DNA of 64,000 bases from Octopus sinensis. Its lineage: Eukaryota. The notes below the pieces were generated by a model, which saw only the letters and a list, made by a program, of their open reading frames with translations, did not search any database and was not told where the DNA came from. The DNA lies in NCBI RefSeq assembly GCF_006345805.1, contig NC_043006.1, positions 56,420,001 to 56,484,000 on the forward strand, read 5' to 3'. Both the position numbers and the translations under genes were made by a program. The number at the start of each line of letters is the position of its first letter. Within the stretch, counting starts at the first letter, position 1. Of the stretch, positions 24,076 through 38,484 are shown one piece after another.

Positions 24076-24989
24076 GTCAGTAGCAGTAGTACTAGTATTA
24101 GTGCCCGTGGACATTCCACGCTTGTTTTGAAAACTCTAAGACGTTTGGAAGTTCACTGAGAGCTATGCAATATTCTTTGAAGTTTCCCTTTAGGTGAGAG
24201 CATCCCTGAAAGGTACAACTGTCACATTTTCCAACTTGAGCGTTGTTATCTTTTAATTTTCCCTTTACGCCAAGAAATAAAGAACCTTAACTATCGAACG
24301 AAAAAGAGTGAATACATTATCTATCCGGGGTCGATACAATCTACTTAATCCCTTTGTCTGTCCTTGTTTGTCCTCTCTGTGTGTAGCCTCTTGTGGACAG
24401 TAAAGAAATAAGAAATGCAGTGAGTGGCTCATTAGGAGACTGTAGCAATGATATTGTTCAGAAAATGGTGATATATAAATAAATATATAATGAAAGAAAG
24501 GGTGCTGAAACTAAGCCCTTCTTTAATGTCCCAATGAAGTTACTCTACCGCCCGGTTTCCAGGTTAAAGATATTTCAATTCATTTAAGGCAGTGAGGAAA
24601 GCATTAATGGCGCATATTTCAGTTATATTTTAATAAAAGCGAATGGCATTTTTCTATTCTCTAAATGTGTATTTTCTTCGTTCATCAAATTGTTAGGACC
24701 CATTTTCCCACTATATGGGATATTGGCCCCTAGCAATTTAATGAACGAAAACAAAAGGATTATCAAAAGAGTAGTCTACATGATTGTATTTTTACACGTC
24801 AAGCACTGGTTTAAATTGTGTCAAATATTTATATAAATCCATGTCTTCCGCTTCAAAAAAACTTCGTGTGGAAATCGATACCAGTTTATCACGATATCGA
24901 TTTCCACATTCCGTTCTTTTCTTTACTCGCTTTCACACAAAATTCTTTCAATTCAGTAATTGTTTATATTTATTTATCCCCTAAAAACA

Positions 24990-25251
24990 CAATTGCTCAG
25001 TGGTTAGGGCAGCGGACACGCGGTCGGAGGATCACGATTTCGATTTCCAGACCGGGCGTGTGTGTGTTTATTGAGCGAAAATACCTAAAGATCCATGAAG
25101 CTCCGGCAGGGGATGGTGGCAAACCCTGTTGTACTCTTTCGCCCCAACTTGGGTAAGTGTCTTCTACTATAGCCTCGGGCCGACCAAAGTCTTGTGAGTA
25201 GATTTGGTAAACGGAAACTGAAAGAAGCCCGTCATATATATATATGCATGT

Positions 25252-25342
<91 letters not shown>

Positions 25343-25548
25343 TGTGCTTGTGTTTGTCTCCCCAACATCGCTTGACAACCGATGCTGGTGTGTTTACGTG
25401 CCTGTAACTTAGCGGTTCCGCAAAAGAGACCGATAGAATAAGTACTAAGCTTACAAAGAATAAGTTCTGAGGTCGATTTGCTCGACTAAAGGCGGTGCTC
25501 CAGCATGGCCACAGTCAAATGACTAAAACAAGTAAAAGAGTAAAAGAG
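24990..25548 (+). mobile_element. Chimeric SINE: family C head (24990-25147) joined to a family A body and tail (25148-25548)
   Basis: GTGGTTAGGGCAGCGGAC...CCCTGTTGTACTCTTTCGCCCCAAC|TTGGGTAAGTGTCTTCTACTATAGCC. Confidence 0.75.
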
Positions 25549-26435
25549 ACATGCATACATTCACACACTTATACGCACTTACACACACACAATATTTCTA
25601 TTTTGGTCCAACAGACACTCAGTATTAATCGAGAATATATATGTGTGTGAGTGTGTGTGTGTGTGTGAGTGTGTGTGTGTGTGTGTATGTGTGTGTGTGT
25701 GTCTGTCTGTCTGTCGGTGTTCATTTGTTTGTGTGTGTCTATCTCTCTGTTTTTATGCGTGCGCATTACACTAGGTGTGCATAAACATTTTACCTGTACG
25801 TAAAAGTTGCATACAGTTTCTCCGTATCTACTCTGCGATCCGATCTTCGGAACATTTACCAACCCATACATAATCCTTTCTAGTATAGGCACAAGGCCTG
25901 AGATCTTGAGTGAAGACGTTAGTCGATTACATCGACTTCAGTGCGGCACTGTTACTTATTTCAACGACTCGGAAAGGATGAAAAGCAAAGTCGATCTCGG
26001 CATATAACCGAGTATAAAGTACGCATACTTGCTGACACAAGAGCATTAAACACTTGTAAGAGGAAAGCTTTAGCCCGCAGTGGAAATCTTTGCAAGAAAT
26101 TTCTGAACCCTCCTTAAGATAGTGAAAGTATGTGGTATAGTCTGTAGAAATGTTGGACTCATCCATCGTAGGACTGTGGGTACTATTCTGGTATTAGTCG
26201 GTGACTTGAAAAAATTAAGCGAGACAAATCATCTCCCCTTGTCCATCCCAACTACATACATTTATATAAATACAATATCTTTACGTATCTCACGTCTGTT
26301 TTCATTCCTCCACTTCACTCTGAATTTCGTCTCTGATGAAGTGATATATAAAATATCCCAGAAACAGCTGTAAGCCCTTCTCTTTATAACTGTTCTGAAA
26401 ACTATTCACAGCCTTGGATTTCTTATCACATTCCG

Positions 26436-26469
<34 letters not shown>

Positions 26470-26472
<3 letters not shown>

Positions 26473-26597
26473 GGTGTCCCCAAAAAATGTATACACATAG
26501 TGGTTCGGCAAAAGAGAACGATAGAATAAGTACTAGGCTTACAAAATAATAAATTTACAATTATTTAAGGTGTGTATACATTTTTTGGGACACCCTG
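26470..26597. mobile_element. Tc1/mariner-type MITE containing a SINE fragment
   Basis: TA|CAGGGTGTCCCCAAAAAATGTATACACA ... TGTGTATACATTTTTTGGGACACCCTG|TA. Confidence 0.8.
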
Positions 26598-27751
26598 TAT
26601 ATATATATATGCATATAAATGTGTGTGGATGCATGCACGTATTTATGCATACAAATATAAATACATAAATACATATGTGTATGTGTTTGCGAGCGTGTGT
26701 AACTATGTATATACAGGGAGAGAGAGAATGTGCATATTTGCATATTGTATTTCCCTGTGTGGGTGTCTGCTTGATGCAAGTGTATTCTTCAATTATAATT
26801 GCTGGTAATATTTCTATTGATCAAACTAGAGCAGTTTTAATATGATTCTATTTTGGGGGAGGTATTTACAAAATATACACTTGTATTCAAATATTAGAAT
26901 TTTGCAGATCGTTTAATTAAATTCCTTGTAATTCACTTTAGATTTATTTTCTACATGTTTCTTCAAAATTCAATTCTATTTAATGTTCTTAGACCAACTG
27001 CTCTTGACACATACAGTTCATATATATGCTAATGGACAAATGTAACATTTCCTATCGGTAATTAATATCATTAATAATATACTATGCATAATAGATGAAA
27101 GTTTTACAGAATATTTTATTTTTGAATAATATCAGACGGATGTGAAATATTGGGAGGTTTTAGCTTTTTGAAAGTGGGTAGGTGATGGATGAGGGAGGTG
27201 GGGGATGGGTTATTGAGTGTTTCTGTAAGAAAAATTAAACTTTAAAAATATATATACATTTCCCAGATTCCTAATTTCTGTATTTTTCTACGTGGATAAA
27301 AAAAATTCGAAAAATGCTACAAATTAAGAAATTGAAGTGTGGTCGGGGGGAAAAAATTTTGAAAACATGATCTCCGGGCAAAATCGTATAAACCCTCTTT
27401 TATACGATGAAACAATACATAGTTTGTGATTCTTCTTAAGAACATAAAGCACTTTCATACAAAGCCATGCATATTGTACTTTCCATCACTTCACTTTTAA
27501 ACAAACAATAACTTCCATTACGCCAGTAATCTAGTTCACTATATATCATTTGTGCCGATTCTGCCTATAAGAAAGGTACAGATAATATAATGTGGCTGCA
27601 GGTAATAACACCCGGGCAAAACCCAGGATGCTTTGTGAATGTCTCTCTCTCTCTCTATGTATGTATGTATGTATGTATGTATGTATGTATGTATGTATGT
27701 ATGTATGTATGTATGTATGTATGTATGTATGTATGTATGCATGCATGTATG

Positions 27752-27783
<32 letters not shown>

Positions 27784-27784
27784 A

Positions 27785-27817
<33 letters not shown>

Positions 27818-27823
<6 letters not shown>

Positions 27824-28260
27824 ATTGAAGAAATGGAGTTGAACGAAGATTGAACAGAAATCGTTTTATTTCATTCTACACGTGTTTCGAAAGGGGCTCT
27901 TAGGAGCCTAGTTCGATTTGTTTTGCTCCGCCTCTGTTCTGTTTTTGTTTTTTCCAACGGATTTCCTATTTCTTCCTGAAGAGAAAGACACAATATGGTC
28001 TCATTATTCAATCGGAATTTGGTAAATTGTGCCTTTCGAAACACGTGTAGAATGAAATAAAACGATTTCTGTTCAATCTTCGTTCAACTCCATTTCTTCA
28101 ATTCACTAAAAATATTAAAATTCAATTATCCGCACCAACGCACGGTTGCAACACCATATGGTTGTACCTCCAACCGTGCTGTCTTCTGCTGTGATTTTTG
28201 CTACCAAGGTATCGGTTAAACTTTTGATTAATCTGCAACAAGATTATTCATCTTTCTATT

Positions 28261-28264
<4 letters not shown>
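27818..28264 (+). mobile_element. PLE/retrozyme-like element with a 77-bp 5' inverted arm, in (TA)n
   Basis: 27818-27894 is the exact reverse complement of 28032-28108; (TA)n on both sides. Confidence 0.8.
27967..28059 (+). ncRNA. Type I hammerhead ribozyme with canonical core
   Basis: UAUUUCUUC-CUGAAGA-GAAAG(A)CACAAU...AUUGUG(C)CUUUC-GAAA-CACGUG-UA|GAA(U)GAAAUA. G10.1-C11.1 pair, 11-bp helix II, palindromic ACACGUGU helix III, triplet GUA, 9-bp bulged helix I. Confidence 0.85.
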
Positions 28265-28292
<28 letters not shown>

Positions 28293-30209
28293 ATGACTGA
28301 AAATTTTTACTCATGTTGGGAAATTAGAATATGTGTATTGAAGAAGTATTTTGGAGGTTAGAGTTTGGAAAGGGCGTATAGTCCATTCTGGATCCAAAAT
28401 GTCGAGTATTTCCATAGTTTCTCTGTCCCCTACGGAAAACAAACATAACGATTTTAGAACACTTAATTGGAAAATTAGATGGAATTATAAAATACCTTTA
28501 CTTAAATCGCCGTGCCTTTCACGTCTGCTGCCATTTTAAAATTCGCTTTCTTAAGTAGCCGTAAGTGATCGTAGATCTACATGGACGTACAAAAAATCGT
28601 TACGCAAAGAGTTTATGAAGAAAAGGACGGGGTAAGGACTAATAGCTTACATTAGTGCATAGCGGGAAGAAAGATGTTATACTATGCATAATTGAAAAAC
28701 TGTACTTGTGGTACTTTTAATTCGCAGGATAGTCTATGGTAATATAGCTGTGTAGTTCTCATCTGCAAGTTGTCAGCATTTTGGAAGGACCATAAGTCTA
28801 AGCTCTCCATCTTTCATTTTATCTTCTTGCTTTTATAGTTGTTTCTCTTTTGTTGATTTATGGTTTTGTGAAAGTTGGTCACCCTCACCCATTTTAGTCG
28901 TTTGATACTGAATTTCTTTTTGTTGACAATCCCCTTGTCTTTCCTTAGAGTTTTCTTCGACACTTTGTACACTTTCCTGGGACATTTGGAGTATCATACC
29001 ATTGGTTACTATTGTTAGGGAATGGGACGTTTTTTTAGAACCGTCAGAAAGCAATCTCTCCAGCCATTCCCGGGCTTTTGATTGATAGTCACTTACTTTC
29101 CTTTCGTGTTTTCTAACCCAGTCTTTGTAGCTCTTAAGAGCGAGAGGCATTGAATTGGCCCTTTCTACCTCTAATGTAGCAACTATTTATTTTGCAATGT
29201 ACAGTTACGCTCTTTATTATGCTATTTGTTCAAACTGGGAACAATTCCAATGTGGTTTTATGAACTTTAGTCCTGTTTTAACGATTCATTCATATTGTGA
29301 TATAACCAGCTACGGATCTACATAGTTTCCAATGTTTCTCATGATAATTCTTGCATTTCTTTGCTTCATATATAGGAGCACAACTATACAGGAAGTATGT
29401 CAAAGAATTCCAACTTCTTTTGGTGGAGAGGATTGCTTCCGAAAAATTTTGAAGAGCTTTCTGTATTCCTATTAGGATATTAAATTCAGTCCTGGGTCAT
29501 CTTTTCTAAAGCGCAGATTTATCAACTTTTCCTTTGCTCTCACTCTCTCTCTCTCTCTCTCTCCCTCTAATCTACCTCCCTCTCTCATCTCCTCCTCTCT
29601 CCCTAAAACTCACTCTTTCTCTCAATCCCTCTGTTCTCCCTCTCAGACTAGATCTTGCGGCAACAGTGATCGGTCTGACAAAATCCTCTGAATTACCATC
29701 AATTGGAACTGTATTGAATTTTAAAAGTCTAAATACTCATTCTGTTGTATTCGTTGTATAACTAAAGCAGTATTAGCTTTATATTCTGCTATGAGGTATT
29801 TTATTGTTATCATTCTTTATCTCCAAAACTACCTGGGACACTGAAACATTTTTACTCATCAATCATTCATTGAAATGTTCAATTTCTTTCATTTTGTTCA
29901 TTTAGTTGTCTTTTGCATTTTTATTGTTATTTTTCCTAGTTAGCTGTTGCAATGTTTTGTCGTGTATCGTATTTATGTTTGGCGGCCATTTTGAAAGTCA
30001 AAATGTCGTGCATGTAAATAGATATTAAAATGTTTTTAAAAAACAAACTTACTTTATGATTGTCTGCCTCTAGCTATCGAGAACAAGCTTTCTTCAGAGT
30101 ATAAAAATCCTTTTTAGCAAACACACATAAAAAATTTCATTTGGTAATGTTATAAATATAGTATATATATCGGACCACAATGAATACATATGTGTACGCT
30201 TCAAGTGTC

Positions 30210-30253
<44 letters not shown>

Positions 30254-31257
30254 TAATAATATTTCGCTTTTTGCTATAGTCTGTCTCTTCCTTTTGTCTC
30301 TACATTATCGGTATGTCACAATTGTTTATTTATTTCAATATATTTTTTTCTCATTCACTGCCCGAAATCTATTTTTCATTCCATATATTTTTCTTTTCTC
30401 CCACTATCTGCTTTGCGGTTTGTCGGATAAGTTTCCATTATTCATAGTCTACATTATTTGCAAACATTACTTTGAGGCAAAAAAAACCCATATCGCACTC
30501 TATTCTACGCAGTAAATAATCATATCTCTCAGTTTTTACTATATTTTTTCCTCTTCTCTCATTCTCGTATTTCATTCTCTATACGATAAATCATAATGAT
30601 TAGTTTATATGAGTCTTATCCTCTTACTTTTCTCTGCACTAAATTTCCCTATTGATTAGCAGGAAGTCACTCACAGACAAACTTCAGCCTATACCTCACT
30701 ACCTTCCCTTTCTGCCTTTTCTACCATGATAACAATAGCCTCTGCACATTCCACCTCCACTTAGGCATTCACGACCCACATGCCTCTCCACCTCTCACCA
30801 GTTCTGTCGTGTTTAACCAGCCCCAGTTCCTACTCCGCTAAGCTAATGTCTAGACTCAGACCTTCCTTTACAGAACATTGACCGTTAGAAATCTCTATGT
30901 TTTTTTGTCTTATTCACACGCATTAATTTTCAAATGTACAAGAGGAACACTACGAGCATCAATCTCTTCGGTCTAGGATGGCCAGTAGTGCATTTCTTCG
31001 TCTATGTAAGTAAATATTAAAACATCTGTAAAAACAAACATTTTGAATTTACTTTGCATCTGTGTTAGTGAGAGTTTCTGTAACTCTCATAGAAGTAATT
31101 GTATTTAACATCATAGTGAGTGTTAATGTAGGAGTTAATCGTGGAACCAGAACAAGTGATAAGTGCGTGTCTCATGATAGCATTTCACTATCAGCTTCCA
31201 CATCTTAATTGTTGTGAGCCACTTAAATTATATCACACACACACACACATATATATA

Positions 31258-31293
<36 letters not shown>

Positions 31294-32289
31294 CGTACTT
31301 ACGGAAGTTATTACCAAGAGCCCAAATCTCTTTATAGAAGAAAATTACTAAAATCTTTAAATGCACGATTTATAGGTACGTTAGTTTCGTGTCTAGCTTG
31401 CTATCATTTAGATATCATTTAGATAATAGCCTTCTTAATGCCCTGCACTACACACACACTTAAGTTAATCTTTGATAGGACTTCCTATGATTTTCTCCAA
31501 GCACGAAAGGTTTTAATGTCGTAGGATAAGCTGGAGAAATACAATGGAGCGTAAGTTCTTAGGCTGATGTATATTTTCTTGCTGCAGGTATACTCGCTCG
31601 GTTTCTTTTTCTTTGAAATGTGGAGAAAAAAATCCAGTAACTGTACATAAAGAAAAGTTTAGTAAATATCTAAAAATATATTATTTACACTTCCGTTAAA
31701 GCACTTTCGCTTACCTCTCACAAAGCCAATACAAATCAGTCTGAAGTAAGATGAATTTATATTTGTAACTTAAATTAATCTTCATAATTTCAACGAATGT
31801 AATGTGTAGTTTTAATCCTCTATATTTGTCTTAATACACATTGCTAGAATATGGCTTTTTAATTTCTTACACATACAACTAAAAAAAAATAGTGCAGTAA
31901 AATGAGGTTTTGTGATGATCATGCTCTTATGAAAAACATTAGTGACGTTTGTAAAGTATATTTTCCATAACGTGGTATCTAAGCCCTGTAAACAGGAGTC
32001 AATGATATCTACAGGGAGCGATGGGTAAATTATCGTCATTTTGTATTTTTTAATTTTGTTCATGCGCATTAATTGTTTTTGACTTTGTCAACTACACAGC
32101 ACAGTAGGGTCAGTTGGGTACTGTCTGTAAGAAAAACAGCACCATGACGCAATTCACTCAGCCAGAAATTTGAAAATGACATGCTGTACTGCTTGGCATT
32201 TGCACCGGAATCTCCAATACGAACATTTCGGAGGGTTTGAGTGTCAATCTGAGGACATGTACCGCAAATAATAAAAATCAAGAATTCAG

Positions 32290-32824
32290 TCAACATCATA
32301 GTGTGATCACACAACTCGGCGGCCTACATCAAGTGACCGGAGGAGGTAGTGATACCCTGGGTCAAGTGGATTGCTGCTAGAAGACCTTATGTCTGGAAAC
32401 AGGACTCTGCACCATGCCACAAAAGCAGAAGAACCCAGTCATGGATGTGAGACAATCTCTGCAACCACATCACCCCTAACATCTGGCCACCTAACTCTCA
32501 AGACTGCAACCCTCTAAATATCATGTATGGGGTGCAGTTGAGCGCGAGACCAACAAAACTCCTTGTAATAGCAAAGATGAACTGAAGGCAAGGGTTATGG
32601 CAGTGTTCACCAACTTAAACAAGGAGACCACCCAGAAGAGTTGCAGGAGATTCCGAAGACGTCTGGAGGTCGTGGTTGAAGACAATGCGATTTCATTGAC
32701 TGAATTTACTCTTTAGTATTTCGAGATATTTTTATGTAATTTTGGTAAATATATCTGTTAAATAACATCTCTGTGTTATTTTCATTTTTGCGTAATTTAG
32801 GCAATTTATTCACCGCACTCTGTA
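32290..32824 (+). mobile_element. Tc1/mariner superfamily (maT/DD37D-like) transposase 3' remnant
   Basis: 'QDSAPCH', 'WPPNSQDCNPL', 'VWGAVERETNK'; probable TIR ending ...CACCGCACTCTG|TA. Confidence 0.7.
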
Positions 32825-33336
32825 AGGAGTGGTACTTTTGAAAACGGTTGACATCCTTTATATTTGTTTCATGTTTCTTTTCTTTTTTATTTATTAATCA
32901 TTTGATACTTCCCCAGAAAGAAAGAATAAATTTACTTTAGTTTCTCTTTTATTCTGTTTTTTTTTTCACTTTTTTATTTTTGGTCTATGTAGAATCTTTA
33001 TCTGAAGAAAGCTAAACCCAAAACAAAAACACCAAAGATATGTAGGTATTTTATTGTCTTAGAAATGAACTCTATATCATCAAAAATACGTTATGGATAT
33101 TTTCATATATATTTATTTACACATGCATACACACACACACACACAAATAGATAATGTGTCTCTATATTTGCAATATATGTATCTATTGAATTATATTGTT
33201 AGATAAGCCCCAACCACTGACTTGTGTATCATCTATCATATATAATAAAAAAGAAACATATATGTACACGTGCATCTATACACATGTGAATGTGTATATA
33301 TATATGATATATATATATATATACATATATATGTAG

Positions 33337-33368
<32 letters not shown>

Positions 33369-33415
33369 ACATATATATGTAGATATATGTATATGTATAT
33401 ATATATATGTATATG

Positions 33416-33450
<35 letters not shown>

Positions 33451-33557
33451 ATCATAATACGTGTGTGTGTATATATGTATCATAATACATATATAACGTA
33501 TATATATCTATATCTATGTATCTATCTTACTATAAACACACGTGCGCGGAGACATAA

Positions 33558-33588
<31 letters not shown>

Positions 33589-34441
33589 TGTATGTATGTT
33601 TATGATTTGAGAGAGAAATAGAGACAGCAAGGTAGACAGATAGATGGTGCTGATTTATGTTAAACGGCATATGCATCTAACTGATATTCCACAGACCTCG
33701 CTTTGTGACAACCTTTCATTACTGCATAATTATAGGTAGGAAACATTGCACAAGTAATTGCCTGGCTATAAAACAATTCAATCAAGCGCAGTAGTATTTA
33801 CTCTGTCTGCTGGCGTATCTCCAATTTAATATCTCATATATCAAGGAGATTTTCGTCCGCTCTGTTTAATCCACAGAATATTGTTTCTCGCCCACGCAGT
33901 AAAATGCTTATCGCTTTCTTTCAGTATTGTGTTGCCTGAACTTAATTGGTCTTCCTTGTTTTATAAATATCTTAATGTCAATATTAACTATTTTTATGGG
34001 AACTTTTCGCGTTTGATGGTGAAAATCGCTATAGTATCTCTTACGTTTTGCGTCAAAATTATGCTTCTTATTCCTCACTCTTCTTACTCTCCATCTTTCC
34101 GGTTTGATTCCTTAGCGACGTTTTTGATCATTTGCACAGTAATTTCCAATCCCATTATTTCAAAGTGAGTGCTATTCTGGTTGTCTCATCTAAAATCAGT
34201 TTAACGAAACACAAAAATACTTTCTAACACTGTAAAATCATTAATCAGTATTCCATGATTTTTTGCTTTTTTTTTTCCATCAACACACGCATATTTAACC
34301 AAACTAAGAAACCCCAAGCTGCAAATAATCTCCATACCAACACAAGCGCGCGCAAATCAAACTATTTATAAGCGTATATAGTTTAAGTGTGTGTATGCAT
34401 GTATGTATGTATGTATGTATGTATATATATATATATATATA

Positions 34442-34656
34442 TACTCTTTACTCTTTACTCTTTTACTTGTTTCAGTCATTTGACTGCGGCCATGCTGGAG
34501 CACCGCCTTTAATCGAGCAACTCGACCCCGGGACTTATTCTTTTGTAAGCCCAGTACTTATTCTATCGGTCTCTTTTGCCGAACCGCTAAGTGACAGGGA
34601 CGTAAACACACCAGCATCGGTTGTCAAGCAATGCTAGGGGGACAAACACAGACACA

Positions 34657-34702
<46 letters not shown>

Positions 34703-34868
34703 CATATATACGACAGGCTTCTTTCAGTTTCCGTCTACCAAATTCACTCACAAGGCATTGGTCGGCCCGGGGCTATAGCAGAAGACATTTGCCCAAGGTG
34801 CCACGCAGTGGGACTGAACCCGGAACCATGTGGTTGGTTAGCAAGCTACTTACCACACAGCCACTCCT
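34442..34868 (-). mobile_element. SINE family A, full length
   Basis: Complete head (AGGAGTGGCTGTGTGGTAAG...GGGTTCAGTCCC) through a (TAAAGAG)n-like tail. Confidence 0.92.
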
Positions 34869-35236
34869 ATATATACATACAAATAACAGATATAACATTC
34901 TCTTCATAGAGTAGAGAATACTTTGAGATTAAACTTTCACCCTATATTTATAATGAACAATAAATATTGGTATCTAACAAAAGTGGAACACAAGTCCAGA
35001 AATTTATCATATTCAACCACGTCTATATATTGTCTGTGTGTCTGTGTCTTTGTGTATGTGTGCATTTATCGGTATTACTCGCAAGATTCCCATTACCTCT
35101 CACATAACACAAAACTCACAGATGGACAACAGCCACGCAGGCGGATACTGCATCTCAAGAAAAATATAACCTCTATTTCAAACTTTGAGGCGATTACTCT
35201 ACCACACGTACAGACACACGCACACACACACACACG

Positions 35237-35293
<57 letters not shown>

Positions 35294-36079
35294 AATAGTT
35301 CAATTTAATGGCCACTATATCAAAAACAAGAGGTGCCTGCCATATTTCGTCTCCAAAATCTCAACTGAATTCTAAGCTAAGTCCTTGCCATGAGAATCGC
35401 TAATTATTTTTTTTTTATTTCTGATGCAGCACTTCCTACACAATTTTTTTTTTTTTGTTTTGCAAGAAACCCTCTTGCAGGGAAACTAAACATATTCTTT
35501 GCTTGTTCTACTTACTCCTTGAAAGTATGTTTACACGCAACAAAACTCATTCCAAAATTTAACTCAGTGGAGGATTTGTTTTTTCATCTTAATTGTATAT
35601 TCGAATCACTTCGTCCATGTAAAAATCAGAGTTTAATTCAGTTTTTTACATTGAAATTTATTAAAAATAAATACATATTGGCGACAAAGGCAGTATTAAT
35701 GCCGGGAGGTACTATATATCCCCACTTCAGCGTGGATGATCTGTTAGAACAAACTATGATATGGTAGATACCATGACAGAAACTCTTTTATTGGCTTTTG
35801 GAGTTCATAGTAAAACAGTTCATAGTAAAACAGCCTCTTAGGGCGTTGTGTGTCAGGAATTCGAACAAGGTGGTATTCCCACTTGACTTGCTCTCTCCTC
35901 AGGACAAATACTGTATTAACTAGCTTGTCAACAGTGTATGGACATTAAGTATGATACATAGATGGCAGTGATACATAGATGGCAGTTTCATATACACATA
36001 CACGAGCGCTTACACATTCATAGAAACGTGGATTTGTTTCCGTCAATAATCAATGTTCCATTTCCTAAAGAAAATTAAC

Positions 36080-37162
36080 TGCTAAACAACAGCAGCAAAA
36101 ATAAATATATTAATGCAGTACTGAAAAGTGAAGTGAGCAATATTGTACGAGTTGGCAGTGAACTTCTAAAGACACACTTTGTTCCTGATGACCTCCTATA
36201 CAAGCCCAGTACAGCTGGGCTCTCTTACCTCAAAGAAGACCTGGATGGAGAGCACTCAACATACAAAATACTCCATGGGTATGTTGCCCAAAAGCTTGAA
36301 GAAAACAGTAGAATTGACACGAAGCGCGGCCTCCCTTGGACACAAGACCACTACATCACATCACACTTAGAAGACTATGCTTTTGCGATCCAGGAACAGG
36401 AGATTTCCTCAAAGTACCTGGTGAGCAAGATAGTGACGCTCTTGTAATCCCAAGGTGCAACCGCATGTGTAGGCTATGTCATGTTTCTGTGGAAGACATT
36501 ACCTATGTAAGTAGTAGTTGTCCTAAGATGTCGCCATGGTTCTACCTCCCTATGCGCCACGATGTTGTTGCTAAAAGAATTTACAATGTCATCCGCAAGA
36601 AAGACTGTCTTGGAATAAACTTAGAAAATCCCTGTTATATTATGGAATACATTATTAAACACCAACTCAAGATAACTGGTGGAATATTCCCATCAAAACT
36701 TCTGTCAAATGTAAACATAACAGCCCGGATATTATTGTTTGGGACGGAGCGGCAAAGGTATGTACCATCATAGAGGTCAACTGACCTGTAGATATAAATA
36801 TCTCTTTGAAAATCAAAGAAAAAGAGGATATCTATGGATAACTGCTTCGAAACGTCCAGCTTCTACATCCAGACTATGAATTCTTATTCATACCAATAAT
36901 AATTGGAGTACTAGGTTTTGTTATTAAATGCTTAATGGAGGATCTGGATACACTGGGATTTTCAGAAAGAGAAACTGACTGGCTGATTCGTACATTACAA
37001 GCGCAATCTGTGAGTGGAACGTAAAATTATGCAAGACTTTTCTCAAGTTCCAAATGTGAATTTGTCTGTGTTAACTACATCTCAAAGATGGAACCTTGTA
37101 TCACTGTTGGAAACCGGCTCCCTCATCAATGGAAGATTTATAATAATTAAAAAATAGAAGAG
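36080..37162 (+). mobile_element. Decayed RLE-type LINE (third family) ending in (TACA)n
   Basis: 'FAIQEQEISSKYL', 'CRLCHVSVEDITYVSSSC', 'RHDVVAK' and a PDI motif; 3' end directly followed by (CATA)n at 37163-37247. Confidence 0.8.
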
Positions 37163-37274
37163 ACATACATACCTACATACATACATACATACATACATAC
37201 ATACATACATACATACTACATACATACATACATACATACATACATACAAACAATATTGGCTTCAAATCGTGTTA

Positions 37275-37985
37275 CGAGGGGTGTATGAAAAGTCTTGAGC
37301 CTGAAAAAAAAAACATAGTACAAGAATTCTGATGATATATTTTTCAACATAGTCGCCTTTGAAGTGCCATTATCCCGGCACAGAGGAACTCTTTTGATTA
37401 AGACTCTAAGAAACTTCCTACAGTGTCTATGACATCATTGTTAGTAGGAAAATGGCAACCATCCAGGGCTTTTTTCCTTTTGGGGAATAGAGAAAAGTCT
37501 GGCGAATAAGGCAGATGGGGGAACAAGTTCGTATCCACAATCAGGAATTGTTGCCATAGCAACCATTAAGGTGTGGGCCGGAGCATTGTCGTGATGAAAA
37601 AGGACTCCTCTGGTGAGCATTCCTGGCCTTTTTTCTATGATTGCTTCCTGGAGGCATTACAGTAGATGAGAATAGTACAGCCCTGTCACGGTGTGTCGCT
37701 TTTCAAGGTAATCGATCAGCAAGATATCTTGAGAATCCCAGAAAACTGACGCCATGACCTTGCCAGCTGAAGGAATGACCTGGACTTCTTTGCGGTAGGA
37801 GAAGATGTGTGCTTCCACGGCTTTGATTGTTCTTTGGTTTCAGGCTGGTAGTGATGAACCCAACTTTCGTCCATAGTAATAAAACGAGCAAGAAAATTCT
37901 TTTCATCGGCTTCAAACAGTTCCAGTTTGCTCGTGGACAAAGTGCACCTGGTGCATTTCTGTTCAGGGGTCAAAATTTGTTCCTT
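37275..37985 (-). mobile_element. Mariner 3' half, decayed
   Basis: 'NFLARFITMDESWVHHYQPETKEQSKPWKH' and HHDNAP; TIR-like TA|CGAGGGGTGTATGAAAAGT. Confidence 0.8.
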
Positions 37986-37999
37986 CTGGTGAAATTGTT

Positions 38000-38402
38000 A
38001 ACCAGACATTTGATTTGGAAGTTGCGAAGCGTTTGCGAGATGCGGTGAAACGAAAACACCTGACCTGTGGCAAAGTGGAGAGTGATGATTACATCACGAC
38101 AATGCACCTGCGCACACCACTTTGGGTGTGAGATAGTTTGGGACTAAAAATGGCATGACCTCGCTTGCCCACCCTTTCTTATTTACCCGATCTTGCTCCC
38201 TGCGGCTTTGTTCCCTCGAATGAAAAGGGTCCTTAAAGGAAAACGTTTTGCAGATGTTGGAGAGACGAAGAAAAATGACGGAGGCGTTAAAAGGTAACAC
38301 TTTGCAAGCAGTCCTGGAACTGCTTCAAACAGTGGAAAACTCGTCTGGACCGAGTGAATAAAATAATATTGCAAAATTCCAGTTTCTCTTGGGTACCCCC
38401 TC
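38000..38402 (+). mobile_element. Second mariner 3' fragment, opposite orientation
   Basis: 'HHDNAPAHT', 'PDLAP', 'LFPRMKRVLKGKRF'; TIR-like ...TTGGGTACCCCCTCA|TA. Confidence 0.75.
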
Positions 38403-38484
38403 ATACACATATGATATGGCAAGAAGATGTAAGAAGATAAAAGTGTTTAATATTTTATATATGTTACAACGTTTTCGTAATTCA

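Noticed and set aside
28400-30150. Possible decayed DNA-transposon coding region on the minus strand (CTKC motif)
   Set aside because: Many stops; no catalytic motif or TIR could be identified, so it is left unassigned.
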